Positions 19,907 to 28,595 of a stretch of DNA of 40,123 nucleotides are shown piece after piece; position 1 is the first letter of the stretch, and every line of letters begins with the position of its first letter. A model generated the notes under the pieces. That model made no database searches, was not told the DNA's origin, and saw nothing but the letters and a program-made list of their open reading frames with translations. Origin of the DNA: a virus (lineage: Duplodnaviria; Heunggongvirae; Uroviricota; Caudoviricetes); the IMG/VR virus record IMGVR_UViG_2537562231_000015, positions 1-40,123 of that record. The stretch is one strand, 5' to 3'. Both the position numbers and the translations under genes were made by a program.

Positions 19907-19967
19907 TTCTCCTGAATTTAGCTAAAGGGATACCCGGCGGGTTTACGCCATGAATTTCATTAGTTGG

Positions 19968-20309
19968 TTAATTCGGCATGGTTAGCCGTCTGGGAAATAA
20001 GCTCACCACTGCACGAAAATGATTCATTGCTTTAATCAGCTCCCGCTTTTCGTCAGTGGTCAGCTCATTAATGCTGATGCTATGACGTTCAGCTGGAATT
20101 TTTGCCATAAAGAATATAGCAGCCAGTGCCCGTTTATTTTGTTCATTATTGATATCCCGTGGATCACGCATATCTTTAATAAACCGCTCCAGCTCTGACT
20201 CAATATTCAGGCCAAAAACTTTCGCCCTTAACTCCGCAATATGATTAAGTCCATTCAGGCGTTCACCGGGTCTTAATGGAACAGTCGCCGCAGCGCCTTC
20301 AATAGCCAT
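19968..20309 (-). CDS. Hypothetical early protein
   Basis: 113-aa ORF in early operon; no family recognised. Confidence 0.35.
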   Translation of the reverse strand: MAIEGAAATVPLRPGERLNGLNHIAELRAKVFGLNIESELERFIKDMRDPRDINNEQNKRALAAIFFMAKIPAERHSISINELTTDEKRELIKAMNHFRAVVSLFPRRLTMPN

Positions 20310-20503
20310 TGGTTCCCCCGTTTTTTCGTTGATAGTTCTGCCAGCAATTCATCTTGCGAACGGCACGGATGCCAGCGTTTACCATCCTCACCCATGATCC
20401 AGCCGTGACCGTAGTGCATTGCCGGACTTTGTTTTACCAGCAGCGATGCAAATGATGGTTCTTTCGTCAGCATAAGCACCTCACAGCAAACCGAATGAAG
20501 CAC
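20273..20503 (-). CDS. Hypothetical early protein
   Basis: 76-aa ORF directly after cII; start uncertain. Confidence 0.3.
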   Translation of the reverse strand: MLHSVCCEVLMLTKEPSFASLLVKQSPAMHYGHGWIMGEDGKRWHPCRSQDELLAELSTKKRGNQWLLKALRRLFH

Positions 20504-20990
20504 CGAGGCCAGTCACGGTATCAACTGCACTCGCCATCGCAGGATTAGCCTGTAAACGGGCCTGCAATGAAACAGCAGCCAGCGCCATCAGTCGTGTAAC
20601 AGAGTTAATGCTGCTGATCGCATCACGACGGCCTACACTGGTTTTTACATCGCCAGAAACCGCACCTGCCGCGACACGCCCTATCTCTGCAGTTGCACTC
20701 ATGACGTAATGCGGCAGTTTCTCTTTTGCCACCTCATTAATCGGTACACATGGCAGGCAGTGAATCTGTGCCAGAAAACCGTCTACCAGCGTTGAATCTT
20801 CCGTCAGATCGGTAAGTAGCCAGATATCTGGCGCATTGAGCTGATGCGGTTGATCTGGGTTGAGTTTGTTTCGCAGAGTCTGGACATTCATTCCTGCACG
20901 TTCTGCCAGCTTCGCCATATTGTGACGAAGTGCAAAAGCTCTACAGGCTTCATCAAAATGCGGGTGTTTGGAAATCTTATAATCAAACAT
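20481..20990 (-). CDS. cII: CII-like lysogeny-establishment transcriptional activator (phage 186 type)
   Basis: 169-aa ORF; near full-length similarity to my recollection of 186 CII (...SKHPH.DEACRAFA.RHNMAKLAERAGMNVQTLRNKLNP...). Confidence 0.8.
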   Translation of the reverse strand: MFDYKISKHPHFDEACRAFALRHNMAKLAERAGMNVQTLRNKLNPDQPHQLNAPDIWLLTDLTEDSTLVDGFLAQIHCLPCVPINEVAKEKLPHYVMSATAEIGRVAAGAVSGDVKTSVGRRDAISSINSVTRLMALAAVSLQARLQANPAMASAVDTVTGLGASFGLL

Positions 20991-21022
20991 GCTACCCCCT
21001 TAGAAAGTTCTCATAATTGAAC

Positions 21023-21265
21023 TTACTTACCAACAATGACGCGGAAGTTGGAATGACCGAGGGATTCACGGACCTGATCGGTTTTGTACATTAAATAACG
21101 CAGGCTTACGCGGCCTTTGTTTTTTTCTTTCTTGACCATGTATTTAGCAAGCTGACCATGGTGAATTTTTTGATACACGGAGCCGCGGGAGATACCTTCC
21201 CATTCCGCGAACTCTGCAGGCGTAGCCATCTCTTTTGGTACACGAATTGAAATATCAGTGCTCAT
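21023..21265 (-). CDS. apl: Apl/Cox-like excisionase-repressor
   Basis: 80-aa ORF with helix-turn-helix-like segment, first gene of the lytic operon divergent from cI; GGGAGA SD. Confidence 0.6.
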   Translation of the reverse strand: MSTDISIRVPKEMATPAEFAEWEGISRGSVYQKIHHGQLAKYMVKKEKNKGRVSLRYLMYKTDQVRESLGHSNFRVIVGK

Positions 21266-21324
21266 AGTGCAGTATCTCCCGATTAAGGTTTGGTTTACGT
21301 CGTTTTATCTCGTTTTACTTGATT

Positions 21325-21367
21325 CAATATTTGATACATCGAGATACTACGATCCAATATTTGATAC
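21325..21367. promoter_or_regulatory. Direct repeats in the immunity switch region (candidate repressor operators)
   Basis: CAATATTTGATAC present twice, 30 bp apart, between divergent apl and cI. Confidence 0.4.
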
Positions 21368-21384
21368 GTCAACAGGATTAAAAA

Positions 21385-22017
21385 ATGATACAGGTAAAGG
21401 TTGGAGAGAATACAGGGGGAAGAGAGGCTATCCATAGACTAATGGCAGCCTATGATTTCAAGTCCAGACAGCAACTTTGCGATCACTTAGGCGCATCAAA
21501 AAGCACCATGGCAAACAGATACTTAAGAGATAGTTTTCCTGCAGAGTGGGTGATTCAGTGCGCCTTGGAAACAGGAGTTTCTTTACTGTGGCTAACCACC
21601 GGACAGGGGGAGCCAGGTCCAAACATTGAACCTAAAAAAAATATCAATTCCGTGAACTCCAGCAAGGTTGTACCTCTTTCTGAACTAGTATCTCCTGAAA
21701 TTGACAAGGCGACTCTCAACGGTGGTTTATTGGTCGATGCTGGAAAAGCAATCATTGATAGCAGCATACTCCCCTCAGACTCAAGCAACCTACTGCTGGT
21801 GACTACTTCTGGTGATTCTTATTTAATAGATCGCAACCAAACACCACCAGTAAATGGTATGTGGTTAGTCGATATCGACGGGATAAAAAGCATCGTTAAA
21901 TTGACTCGACTCCCGGGAAACAAATTAGTAGTGCATCAGGATGATTCATCGTTTGAGTGCGGTCTGGATGACATTGAGGTAGTAGGCCGCGCACTGAAAA
22001 TCATTAAGAGCCTTTGA
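21385..22017 (+). CDS. cI: CI-like immunity repressor
   Basis: 210-aa ORF with N-terminal HTH-like segment; followed immediately by int as in 186. Confidence 0.7.
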   Translation: MIQVKVGENTGGREAIHRLMAAYDFKSRQQLCDHLGASKSTMANRYLRDSFPAEWVIQCALETGVSLLWLTTGQGEPGPNIEPKKNINSVNSSKVVPLSELVSPEIDKATLNGGLLVDAGKAIIDSSILPSDSSNLLLVTTSGDSYLIDRNQTPPVNGMWLVDIDGIKSIVKLTRLPGNKLVVHQDDSSFECGLDDIEVVGRALKIIKSL

Positions 22018-22018
22018 T

Positions 22019-23050
22019 ATGACCATCAGAAAACAGCCGAACGGAAAATGGTTGTGTGAGTGCTATCCCAATGGACGCAATGGCAAGCGCGTGCGTAAGC
22101 AATTTGCCACGAAAGGCGAAGCCATTGCGTTTGAAAGCTTCACAATGGAAGAAGTGAATAAAAAACCGTGGTTGGGTGAAAAGGATGATCGGCGACGCCT
22201 ATCAGAATTAATTGAGCTTTGGTATTCCCTGTATGGTCAGACACTCGCAGACCCCAAGCGCCTCATGGCGAAACTTAGAATTATCTGTAATGGTCTAGGC
22301 GACCCCATCGCCTCTGAGCTGACAGCCGGAGACTTTACGAAATACCGCGAAGCACGGTTAAAAGGTGAAATACGAAATGAAGATGGCACGCTTATGTCGC
22401 CCGTTAAGCCCCGCACGGTAAACCTTGAACAGCGCAATCTATCATCGGTGTTCGGTACATTAAAAAAACTAGGACACTGGTCAGCACCAAACCCGCTGGC
22501 AGGACTTCCGACCTTCAAAATTGCCGAAGGTGAGCTGGCTTTTCTTTCCACGGACGAAATCAAGCGCCTGTTGGCGGCATGTGCTGAATCTCAAAGCCCT
22601 AGCTTACTAATGATTGCAAAAATATGCCTAGCTACTGGCGCACGGTGGAGTGAAGCAGAAAATCTGCAGGGCCATCAGTTATCCAAATACCGCATCACTT
22701 ATACCAAGACGAAGGGCAAGAAAAACCGTACCGTGCCAATATCTCAGGATCTTTACAACGAACTCCCTAAAAACAGAGGAAGGCTATTCACCCCATGCAG
22801 AAAAGCCTTTGAACGGGCAGTAAAACGAGCTGGTATTGAACTGCCAGAGGGACAATGCACCCACGTTCTACGCCATACATTCGCCAGCCATTTCATGATG
22901 AACGGCGGAAACATACTGGTACTGCGCGATATTTTGGGCCATGCCGATATAAAAATGACGATGATTTACGCCCATTTTTCTCCAGACCATCTGGAAGATG
23001 CAGTAACGAAAAACCCTTTGAACTTTATATACTTGTCGAATAACATGTAA
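22019..23050 (+). CDS. int: Tyrosine integrase (P2/186 type)
   Basis: 343-aa ORF; C-terminal HVLRHTFASHFMMNGG...LGHADIKMTMIYAHF catalytic motifs. Confidence 0.9.
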   Translation: MTIRKQPNGKWLCECYPNGRNGKRVRKQFATKGEAIAFESFTMEEVNKKPWLGEKDDRRRLSELIELWYSLYGQTLADPKRLMAKLRIICNGLGDPIASELTAGDFTKYREARLKGEIRNEDGTLMSPVKPRTVNLEQRNLSSVFGTLKKLGHWSAPNPLAGLPTFKIAEGELAFLSTDEIKRLLAACAESQSPSLLMIAKICLATGARWSEAENLQGHQLSKYRITYTKTKGKKNRTVPISQDLYNELPKNRGRLFTPCRKAFERAVKRAGIELPEGQCTHVLRHTFASHFMMNGGNILVLRDILGHADIKMTMIYAHFSPDHLEDAVTKNPLNFIYLSNNM

Positions 23051-23072
23051 CTTATAATGTAAGTACACAAAA

Positions 23073-24086
23073 GTGATCTTAATCTTAAATATGAAACCTA
23101 ATTTAATTTCACGTAAACAGTACCAACACCTCAAAAATGAGTTAAATAGACTTGAGAGCTTACCATATAGACGAGGAAACAACCCAACCAACCTCAGAAT
23201 ATTAAAACTAAGAGAAGATCTAACAAACTCTCTTGTTGAATCCAGAAAAAGAAATTCAAAAAAAATTAATAGAGGAAATGTTAGCTGTATAATATGCAAG
23301 AAAAATTTCAAAAGTGCTCATGGCCTATATGAGCACTATCGCGCCAAGCATAGCAATATGATTGAACACCCTACCTCATTGTTTAATAAAGAAATAAATG
23401 GCAATACAACACTGCTTGAAAGCATTTCGCATCCTGTCACAAAAGGTATACCAATAGCAGAACACGATAAAAAAATATCATCCATTACGCTAAACAGGGA
23501 AACTAAATATTTCAATGTAGATGCGTATAATCTGGCATGCCTTTCATTAACAAAAAGTGAAGCAATAAAAATCGCTAAAGATGAATTATTATCAAGGCAG
23601 TTTCTTGGACAAAAAAACATTCTAGAACCTACTCTACCGCCAGTCATATTTATAAATCCCTCTGATACAATTAGTATACCAGTTGTCACAAAAGGCAATA
23701 CTCATCTGCAAACAATATTACAGCGTGACTCTGGCGAACAGGTTGACTTTAAAAAAAGGGTTCTAAAAAACTTCTCAAATGTATGCGCAATAACAGGTTA
23801 CAACCTCCCAGTATTGCAGGCATGTCACCTTGAACCATTTTCTCAGACCCAAAACCATAGAACCAACAATGGAATACCTCTTGAACCTACCCTTCATGCC
23901 TTGCTTGACCGAGGTCTACTAGCCATACATCCAGATAATTTAACTATTCATTTTGCTATCGATTGCTATTACAAAAATATATATGAAGGAAAAAACATCA
24001 AACCTCATAAGATTGATTTAGATAAAAATTCACTGCTAATAATTTGGAAGAACTTTCTTTTGAATGTTAAAAACAGCCAACCGTAA
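23073..24086 (+). CDS. Zinc-finger plus HNH-like nuclease domain protein (cargo gene)
   Basis: 337-aa AT-rich ORF; C2H2-like CIICKKNF..HGLYEHYRAKH near N-terminus; C-terminal CAITGYN...QACHLEPF...NGIPL...HALLDRGLLAI resembles HNH (HNH_2-like) fold. Confidence 0.55.
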   Translation: MILILNMKPNLISRKQYQHLKNELNRLESLPYRRGNNPTNLRILKLREDLTNSLVESRKRNSKKINRGNVSCIICKKNFKSAHGLYEHYRAKHSNMIEHPTSLFNKEINGNTTLLESISHPVTKGIPIAEHDKKISSITLNRETKYFNVDAYNLACLSLTKSEAIKIAKDELLSRQFLGQKNILEPTLPPVIFINPSDTISIPVVTKGNTHLQTILQRDSGEQVDFKKRVLKNFSNVCAITGYNLPVLQACHLEPFSQTQNHRTNNGIPLEPTLHALLDRGLLAIHPDNLTIHFAIDCYYKNIYEGKNIKPHKIDLDKNSLLIIWKNFLLNVKNSQP

Positions 24087-24213
24087 GTTAGCCTAAAATT
24101 GGCGACAACTTGGCGGCAGAGCATTAAAAATGCGTAAAACGGATAAACACAGGATAATAGTAACACACTGTTTTTGAACGCAAACTACTGTTTTCATTGT
24201 ATTAAAAATAGTA

Positions 24214-24258
24214 TGTAGGAATTTCGGACGCGGGTTCAACTCCCGCCAGCTCCACCAC
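24214..24258 (+). ncRNA. ssrA: 3'-terminal fragment of tmRNA gene ssrA (T-arm and acceptor 3' strand ending CCA); attachment-site core
   Basis: ATGTAGGAATTTCGGACGCGGGTTCAACTCCCGCCAGCTCCACCA matches the E. coli ssrA 3' end from memory; upstream sequence is unrelated AT-rich DNA, so only the 3' portion is present. Confidence 0.75.
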
Positions 24259-24283
24259 TTGCTCTTCCGGATACGTCCGGAGA

Positions 24284-24316
24284 AATCCTGAAAGCCCGCA
24301 TAGCACAAGCTCTGCG
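24284..24316 (+). terminator. Intrinsic terminator downstream of ssrA 3' end
   Basis: GCCCGCA...TGCGGGC stem followed by TTTTTTG. Confidence 0.6.
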
Positions 24317-24367
24317 GGCTTTTTTGTGTCTACCGTTGTCCGAGGATATCCAGCTAAATCCAGTGAT

Positions 24368-24417
24368 TATTGGTATACGTTTAGGTATACGGTAGGATGT
24401 ATACCTAAACGCGTATA
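24368..24417. repeat. Integrase arm-type repeats (GGTATACG family), attL side of the P4-like element
   Basis: ATTGGTATACGTTTAGGTATACG plus inverted GTATACCTAAACGCGTATACC; near-identical 23-mer recurs at 38313-38336. Confidence 0.45.
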
Positions 24418-25051
24418 CCAATTCATGAAGGAGCGGCCAAATTGGCAAGAACGACACGCCCCCTGACCAACACAGAAGTACTGCGCGCTAAAGCGTTAGA
24501 AAAGGATCTAACGTTGCATGATGGCGATGGTCTTTTTCTACTCGTTAAAACGAACGGTAAGAAGTTATGGCGTTTCCGTTATCAACGTCCGGCAACAAAG
24601 CAACGGACAATGATGGGGCTAGGAGCCTTCCCAGCCCTTTCACTTGCTGACGCCCGACGCTTAAGAGCGGATTACCTTTCCTTGTTAGCCAACGGAATTG
24701 ACCCGCAAATTCAAGCTGAAATTGCAGAGGAACAGCAGCAAATCGCACAGGACAGTATTTTCTCGACGGTCGCCGCTAATTGGTTTCAGCTCAAAAGCAA
24801 AAGTGTTACCCCTGATTATGCAAAAGATATTTGGCGCTCATTGGAAAAAGATGTATTCCCCGCCGTTGGTGAGATGCCCGTTCAGCAGATCAAAGCTAGA
24901 ACATTGGTCGAAGCACTTGAGCCAGTCAAAGCTCGTGGGGCATTAGAGACTGTACGTCGTCTGGTGCAACGCATTAACGAAATAATGATTTATGCGGTTA
25001 ACACTGGCTTGATTGATGCAAACCCAGCATCAGGTGGGTAATGACTCCAAC

Positions 25052-25555
25052 TTATTGATAGTGTTTTATGTTCAGATAATGCCCGATGACTTTGTCATGC
25101 AGCTCCACCGATTTTGAGAACGACAGCGACTTCCGTCCCAGCCGTGCCAGGTGCTGCCTCAGATTCAGGTTATGCCGCTCAATTCGCTGCGTATATCGCT
25201 TGCTGATTACGTGCAGCTTTCCCTTCAGGCGGGATTCATACAGCGGCCAGCCATCCGTCATCCATATCACCACGTCAAAGGGTGACAGCAGGCTCATAAG
25301 ACGCCCCAGCGTCGCCATAGTGCGTTCACCGAATACGTGCGCAACAACCGTCTTCCGGAGCCTGTCATACGCGTAAAACAGCCAGCGCTGGCGCGATTTA
25401 GCACCGACATAGCCCCACTGTTCGTCCATTTCCGCGCAGACGATGACGTCACTGCCCGGCTGTATGCGCGAGGTTACCGACTGCGGCCTGAGTTTTTTAA
25501 ATGGCGGAAAATCGTGTTGAGGCCAACGCCCATAATGCGGGCGGTTGCCCGGCAT
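25052..25555 (-). CDS. insB: IS1 InsB
   Basis: 167-aa ORF matching IS1 InsB. Confidence 0.9.
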   Translation of the reverse strand: MPGNRPHYGRWPQHDFPPFKKLRPQSVTSRIQPGSDVIVCAEMDEQWGYVGAKSRQRWLFYAYDRLRKTVVAHVFGERTMATLGRLMSLLSPFDVVIWMTDGWPLYESRLKGKLHVISKRYTQRIERHNLNLRQHLARLGRKSLSFSKSVELHDKVIGHYLNIKHYQ

Positions 25556-25749
25556 CCAACGCCATTCATGGCCATATCAATGATTTTCTGGTGCGTACCG
25601 GGTTGAGAAGCGGTGTAAGTGAACTGCAGTTGCCATGTTTTACGGCAGTGAGAGCAGAGATAGCGCTGATGTCCGGCGGTGCTTTTGCCGTTACGCACCA
25701 CCCCGTCAGTAGCTGAACAGGAGGGACAGCTGATAGAAACAGAAGCCAC
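25474..25749 (-). CDS. insA: IS1 InsA
   Basis: 91-aa [26 protein letters not shown]... matching IS1 InsA. Confidence 0.9.
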   Translation of the reverse strand: MASVSISCPSCSATDGVVRNGKSTAGHQRYLCSHCRKTWQLQFTYTASQPGTHQKIIDMAMNGVGCRATARIMGVGLNTIFRHLKNSGRSR

Positions 25750-26411
25750 TGGAGCACCTCAAAAACACCATCATACACTAAATCAGTAAGTTGGCAGCAT
25801 CACCCATCAGGTGTTGGCATGGCCTTCGAAAAGCCAAAAAAACAAAACATGCCGACGCTTCGACCTGAAGAATTACCAAAGCTGATGCGTTCTTTAGTCA
25901 TGTCAAATCTGTCTATCCCGACTCGCTGTCTAATTGAATGGCAACTCCTGACTCTTGTGCGCCCTTCTGAAGCCTCCAGTACTCGGTGGGAAGAAATCGA
26001 TCTTCATGCAAAGCTCTGGACGATTCCTGCCGAACGGATGAAGGCTAAACGGGAACACATAATTCCTCTATCATCTCAGGCATTAGAGATTCTTAATGTG
26101 ATGAAGCCTATTAGTGCTCATCGTGAATATGTTTTTCCGAGTCGGAATGACCCAAAGAAACCAATGAACAGTCAGACTGCAAATGCAGCTTTAAAACGTA
26201 TTGGTTTTGGCGGAAAATTAGTTGCCCATGGATTACGTTCAATAGCAAGTACAGCCATGAATGAAGCTGGATTAAATCCTGATGTTATCGAGTCTGCCTT
26301 AGCCCACAGTGATAAAAATGAAGTTAGAAAAGCATACAATCGTTCTACTTATCTCGTGCAGCGAATTGAATTGATGGATTGGTGGGGAGAATACGTTAAA
26401 AATAAAAGGGG

Positions 26412-28121
26412 TTAGCCCCCCTTTTTTCTATACAATCTCAAGCACTCGTCCAATTCAATAAGTTGTGAATTACTTAATCGTTCTTTTATATAATAAAATA
26501 CATCTTTTACTGAAGCAATTTCTCTCATCGCTCTATTGCCCATTAAAACATAGTCTTGATACATTCCAATTCTGAAGAATGAATTTGCTGCGCAAGCCAA
26601 CATAATTACTTCGGTCATTGCAGGGAGATTTAAACGATTTGGCTTAAATTTATTTTTATCATATTCGTTAAAACAAGACAAAAAGTTTCTCAATGTTTTT
26701 ATATCAGCAATACCATTTGAAACATTAGTAAATGATTTATATAAATATGGAGAGCATGAATACCAATATATATCACAAACAAGTATAGAACTTCGCTTGT
26801 TCGCAAACTCAAGCCATTCACCCTTATTTCCATTATGCATTAAGTTATATAAGAAATAAAAATGCAACAACCCATTTTTATATTCTTTTTTGGATTGATC
26901 ATAGATTATCTCAATTTTGTCCATGATAGACTGCAAATCAGTGACTTCGCCTAAATTTAACATATTTAGGTATTCACTAAACCACTTCGCTATACTTTTA
27001 GCTGTAAATCCGTCTGCATTCCAGAGCCAATATTGTGCAGATATCTCTGCAACCATTACACCCGATGTTTCCATCACCCAATTAACAGACTCTCTTTTTT
27101 GACTGTAGTTTTTACGGCAAAAATTTATTATCACATGGCGAAGAAGTCGAAGCAATCCAGAGTAACTGAAGTGAGGTTCGCCAAAAAGAACCAGACAATC
27201 ACCAACAGGATTGTAGGCTTTCGAGATCATTGCATCAAGTGGCTTAAGCTCATGGACAAAAGAAGACCTGATTTTGTATAAATTATCTAAAGCTCTACTA
27301 AGGAAGCTATAGCGGATTGGATATCTCTCTGTTTCATTGAAATAATTTTCTTCAAGATTTTTCAGTATAAAATCTTTGAACCTTTTTTGTAATCTGAATT
27401 GTTTGCCTTCAATAAGTATTGATTTAATTTTACAAACATCCTCACCAGGCATATGCTCAAATACAGACTCTAATTCACCTCTGGTTTTTTGATCGTAGTC
27501 ATCCCAATCAGACTTATAGTTATCATTTCTTTGAGACAAAGACTCCAAGGCATAGACTAACATGGAATAAGTCAGGTCAAAGTTGGTTGACAATGATTCT
27601 TTTGAATCACTAATTATTTTTAACGCTGCCATTAAAGATTTAAAGGCAGATCTATTTAGATTCACTACATCTTTAATAAAAGCAGAAAACCCAGAGACAT
27701 CATCAAATGAAACTCTTCGATTAATCTCCACTAAATATGGGGCAACTTCAAGCGCAATTTTTGAGTGATGTTTATTAAAATTTGATAATGCACATATTTT
27801 TTTAACCGATTCTTTTTCTACTCTAGCCACACAATCAAAATAGAATTCCCATAATAAAATAAATTGTTGCCTATAATCCTCATCACCAGCCCTAACTACG
27901 ACTCCAGCTTCAATTCGTTCTGGTTTTTCGGTCAGGAGAGTATAGTTTACCACATAACAGTTTATACCATCATGACTTATTTTATTTGCTTTAAAAAGAG
28001 GGGAGGTGTTTTCCACCGAGAAAGACACATCAACATTTGAATAAAAAACAAATGTGCCATCGTGTTTTTCTATTTTATCTAAATCAAAGAACACTCCAGC
28101 TGATATCTGAAACATACTCAT
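26412..28121 (-). CDS. Hypothetical 569-aa protein in the P4 int-cos variable slot (candidate anti-phage defence)
   Basis: Long AT-rich ORF with no recognised family; contains an R-x4-H motif (RSSFVH); sits where P4 carries gop/beta/cII. Confidence 0.6.
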   Translation of the reverse strand: MSMFQISAGVFFDLDKIEKHDGTFVFYSNVDVSFSVENTSPLFKANKISHDGINCYVVNYTLLTEKPERIEAGVVVRAGDEDYRQQFILLWEFYFDCVARVEKESVKKICALSNFNKHHSKIALEVAPYLVEINRRVSFDDVSGFSAFIKDVVNLNRSAFKSLMAALKIISDSKESLSTNFDLTYSMLVYALESLSQRNDNYKSDWDDYDQKTRGELESVFEHMPGEDVCKIKSILIEGKQFRLQKRFKDFILKNLEENYFNETERYPIRYSFLSRALDNLYKIRSSFVHELKPLDAMISKAYNPVGDCLVLFGEPHFSYSGLLRLLRHVIINFCRKNYSQKRESVNWVMETSGVMVAEISAQYWLWNADGFTAKSIAKWFSEYLNMLNLGEVTDLQSIMDKIEIIYDQSKKEYKNGLLHFYFLYNLMHNGNKGEWLEFANKRSSILVCDIYWYSCSPYLYKSFTNVSNGIADIKTLRNFLSCFNEYDKNKFKPNRLNLPAMTEVIMLACAANSFFRIGMYQDYVLMGNRAMREIASVKDVFYYIKERLSNSQLIELDECLRLYRKKGG

Positions 28122-28412
28122 TCCTTAAACTCAATTGGATCAATCTATCTATATTAACGGATATATTAACAGAACAAAATAATCCTATGCAGTAGCCTAG
28201 CTACTCAAACAATTTCATTACGTTTGTAAGCAATACTCTCCCCACTACACCGTCGAAAGGCGGCTATTTACCACTCCCCTCAGAAGCCATCAGCGGCACA
28301 CTTACCAACATTACCGCGCGACGTCAGGCACCTCCCCTATCCCCCCCAGCCCCTTCCCGACGGTGCTCGGGCGCAAAAAACATTAGTAACGAGCACCAAC
28401 CGGGGGCGCGCA

Positions 28413-28431
28413 GTGCTTTCCCCGCCTCGCC
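28413..28431 (-). other. cos site of the P4-like satellite (identical to P2 19-nt cohesive end)
   Basis: Minus strand reads GGCGAGGCGGGGAAAGCAC exactly, within AAAGCGGGCGGGCGAGGCGGGGAAAGCACTGCGCGC. Confidence 0.8.
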
Positions 28432-28532
28432 CGCCCGCTTTGCGGGGCGGTTTTAATGCAGTTGCACTGACACGCTCAGACCGCGCCGGGAATGGCGCGG
28501 TCTGCAGAAAATGAGGCAGGGAAACGCATGCA

Positions 28533-28566
28533 AAGCCATGCACCTTATCGATGCATGGCTTTTTTC
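28533..28566. terminator. Hairpin with flanking A/T runs between cos and psu
   Basis: AGCCATGCA...TGCATGGCT stem followed by TTTTTT on the plus strand and preceded by an A-run (possible bidirectional terminator). Confidence 0.4.
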
Positions 28567-28595
28567 AGTAAAAACGGGCGGATTTTCGGGGAATT

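Larger units (their letters stand above)
25037..25804 (-). mobile_element. IS1 insertion sequence with 9-bp target-site duplication
   Basis: 768 bp bounded by GGTAATGACTCCAACTTATTGATAGTG and ...GTAAGTTGGCAGCATCACC; CATCAGGTG duplicated at 25028-25036 and 25805-25813. Confidence 0.95.
24442..26415 (+). pseudogene. intA: P4-family (CP4-57 intA-like) tyrosine integrase interrupted by IS1
   Basis: N-terminal ORF 24442-25036 and C-terminal ORF from 25805 are in frame once IS1 and one TSD copy are removed (...NPASG/VGMAFEKPKK...); C-terminal part carries the catalytic domain. Confidence 0.85.

Noticed and set aside
20481-20990. Calling the 169-aa protein P2 replication protein B on size and position
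   Set aside because: The sequence matches my recollection of phage 186 CII far better (MFD...SKHPH.DEACRAFA.RHNMAKLAERAGMNVQTLRNKLNP), so I annotate it as CII-like.
24214-24258. Complete tRNA or tmRNA gene
   Set aside because: Only the 3' T-arm/acceptor portion is present; the 5' acceptor strand is absent upstream, so this is an att-site fragment and not a functional RNA gene.
24093-24457. Two minus-strand ORFs of 71 and 73 aa
   Set aside because: They overlap the ssrA 3' fragment, its terminator and the arm repeats; non-coding att region.
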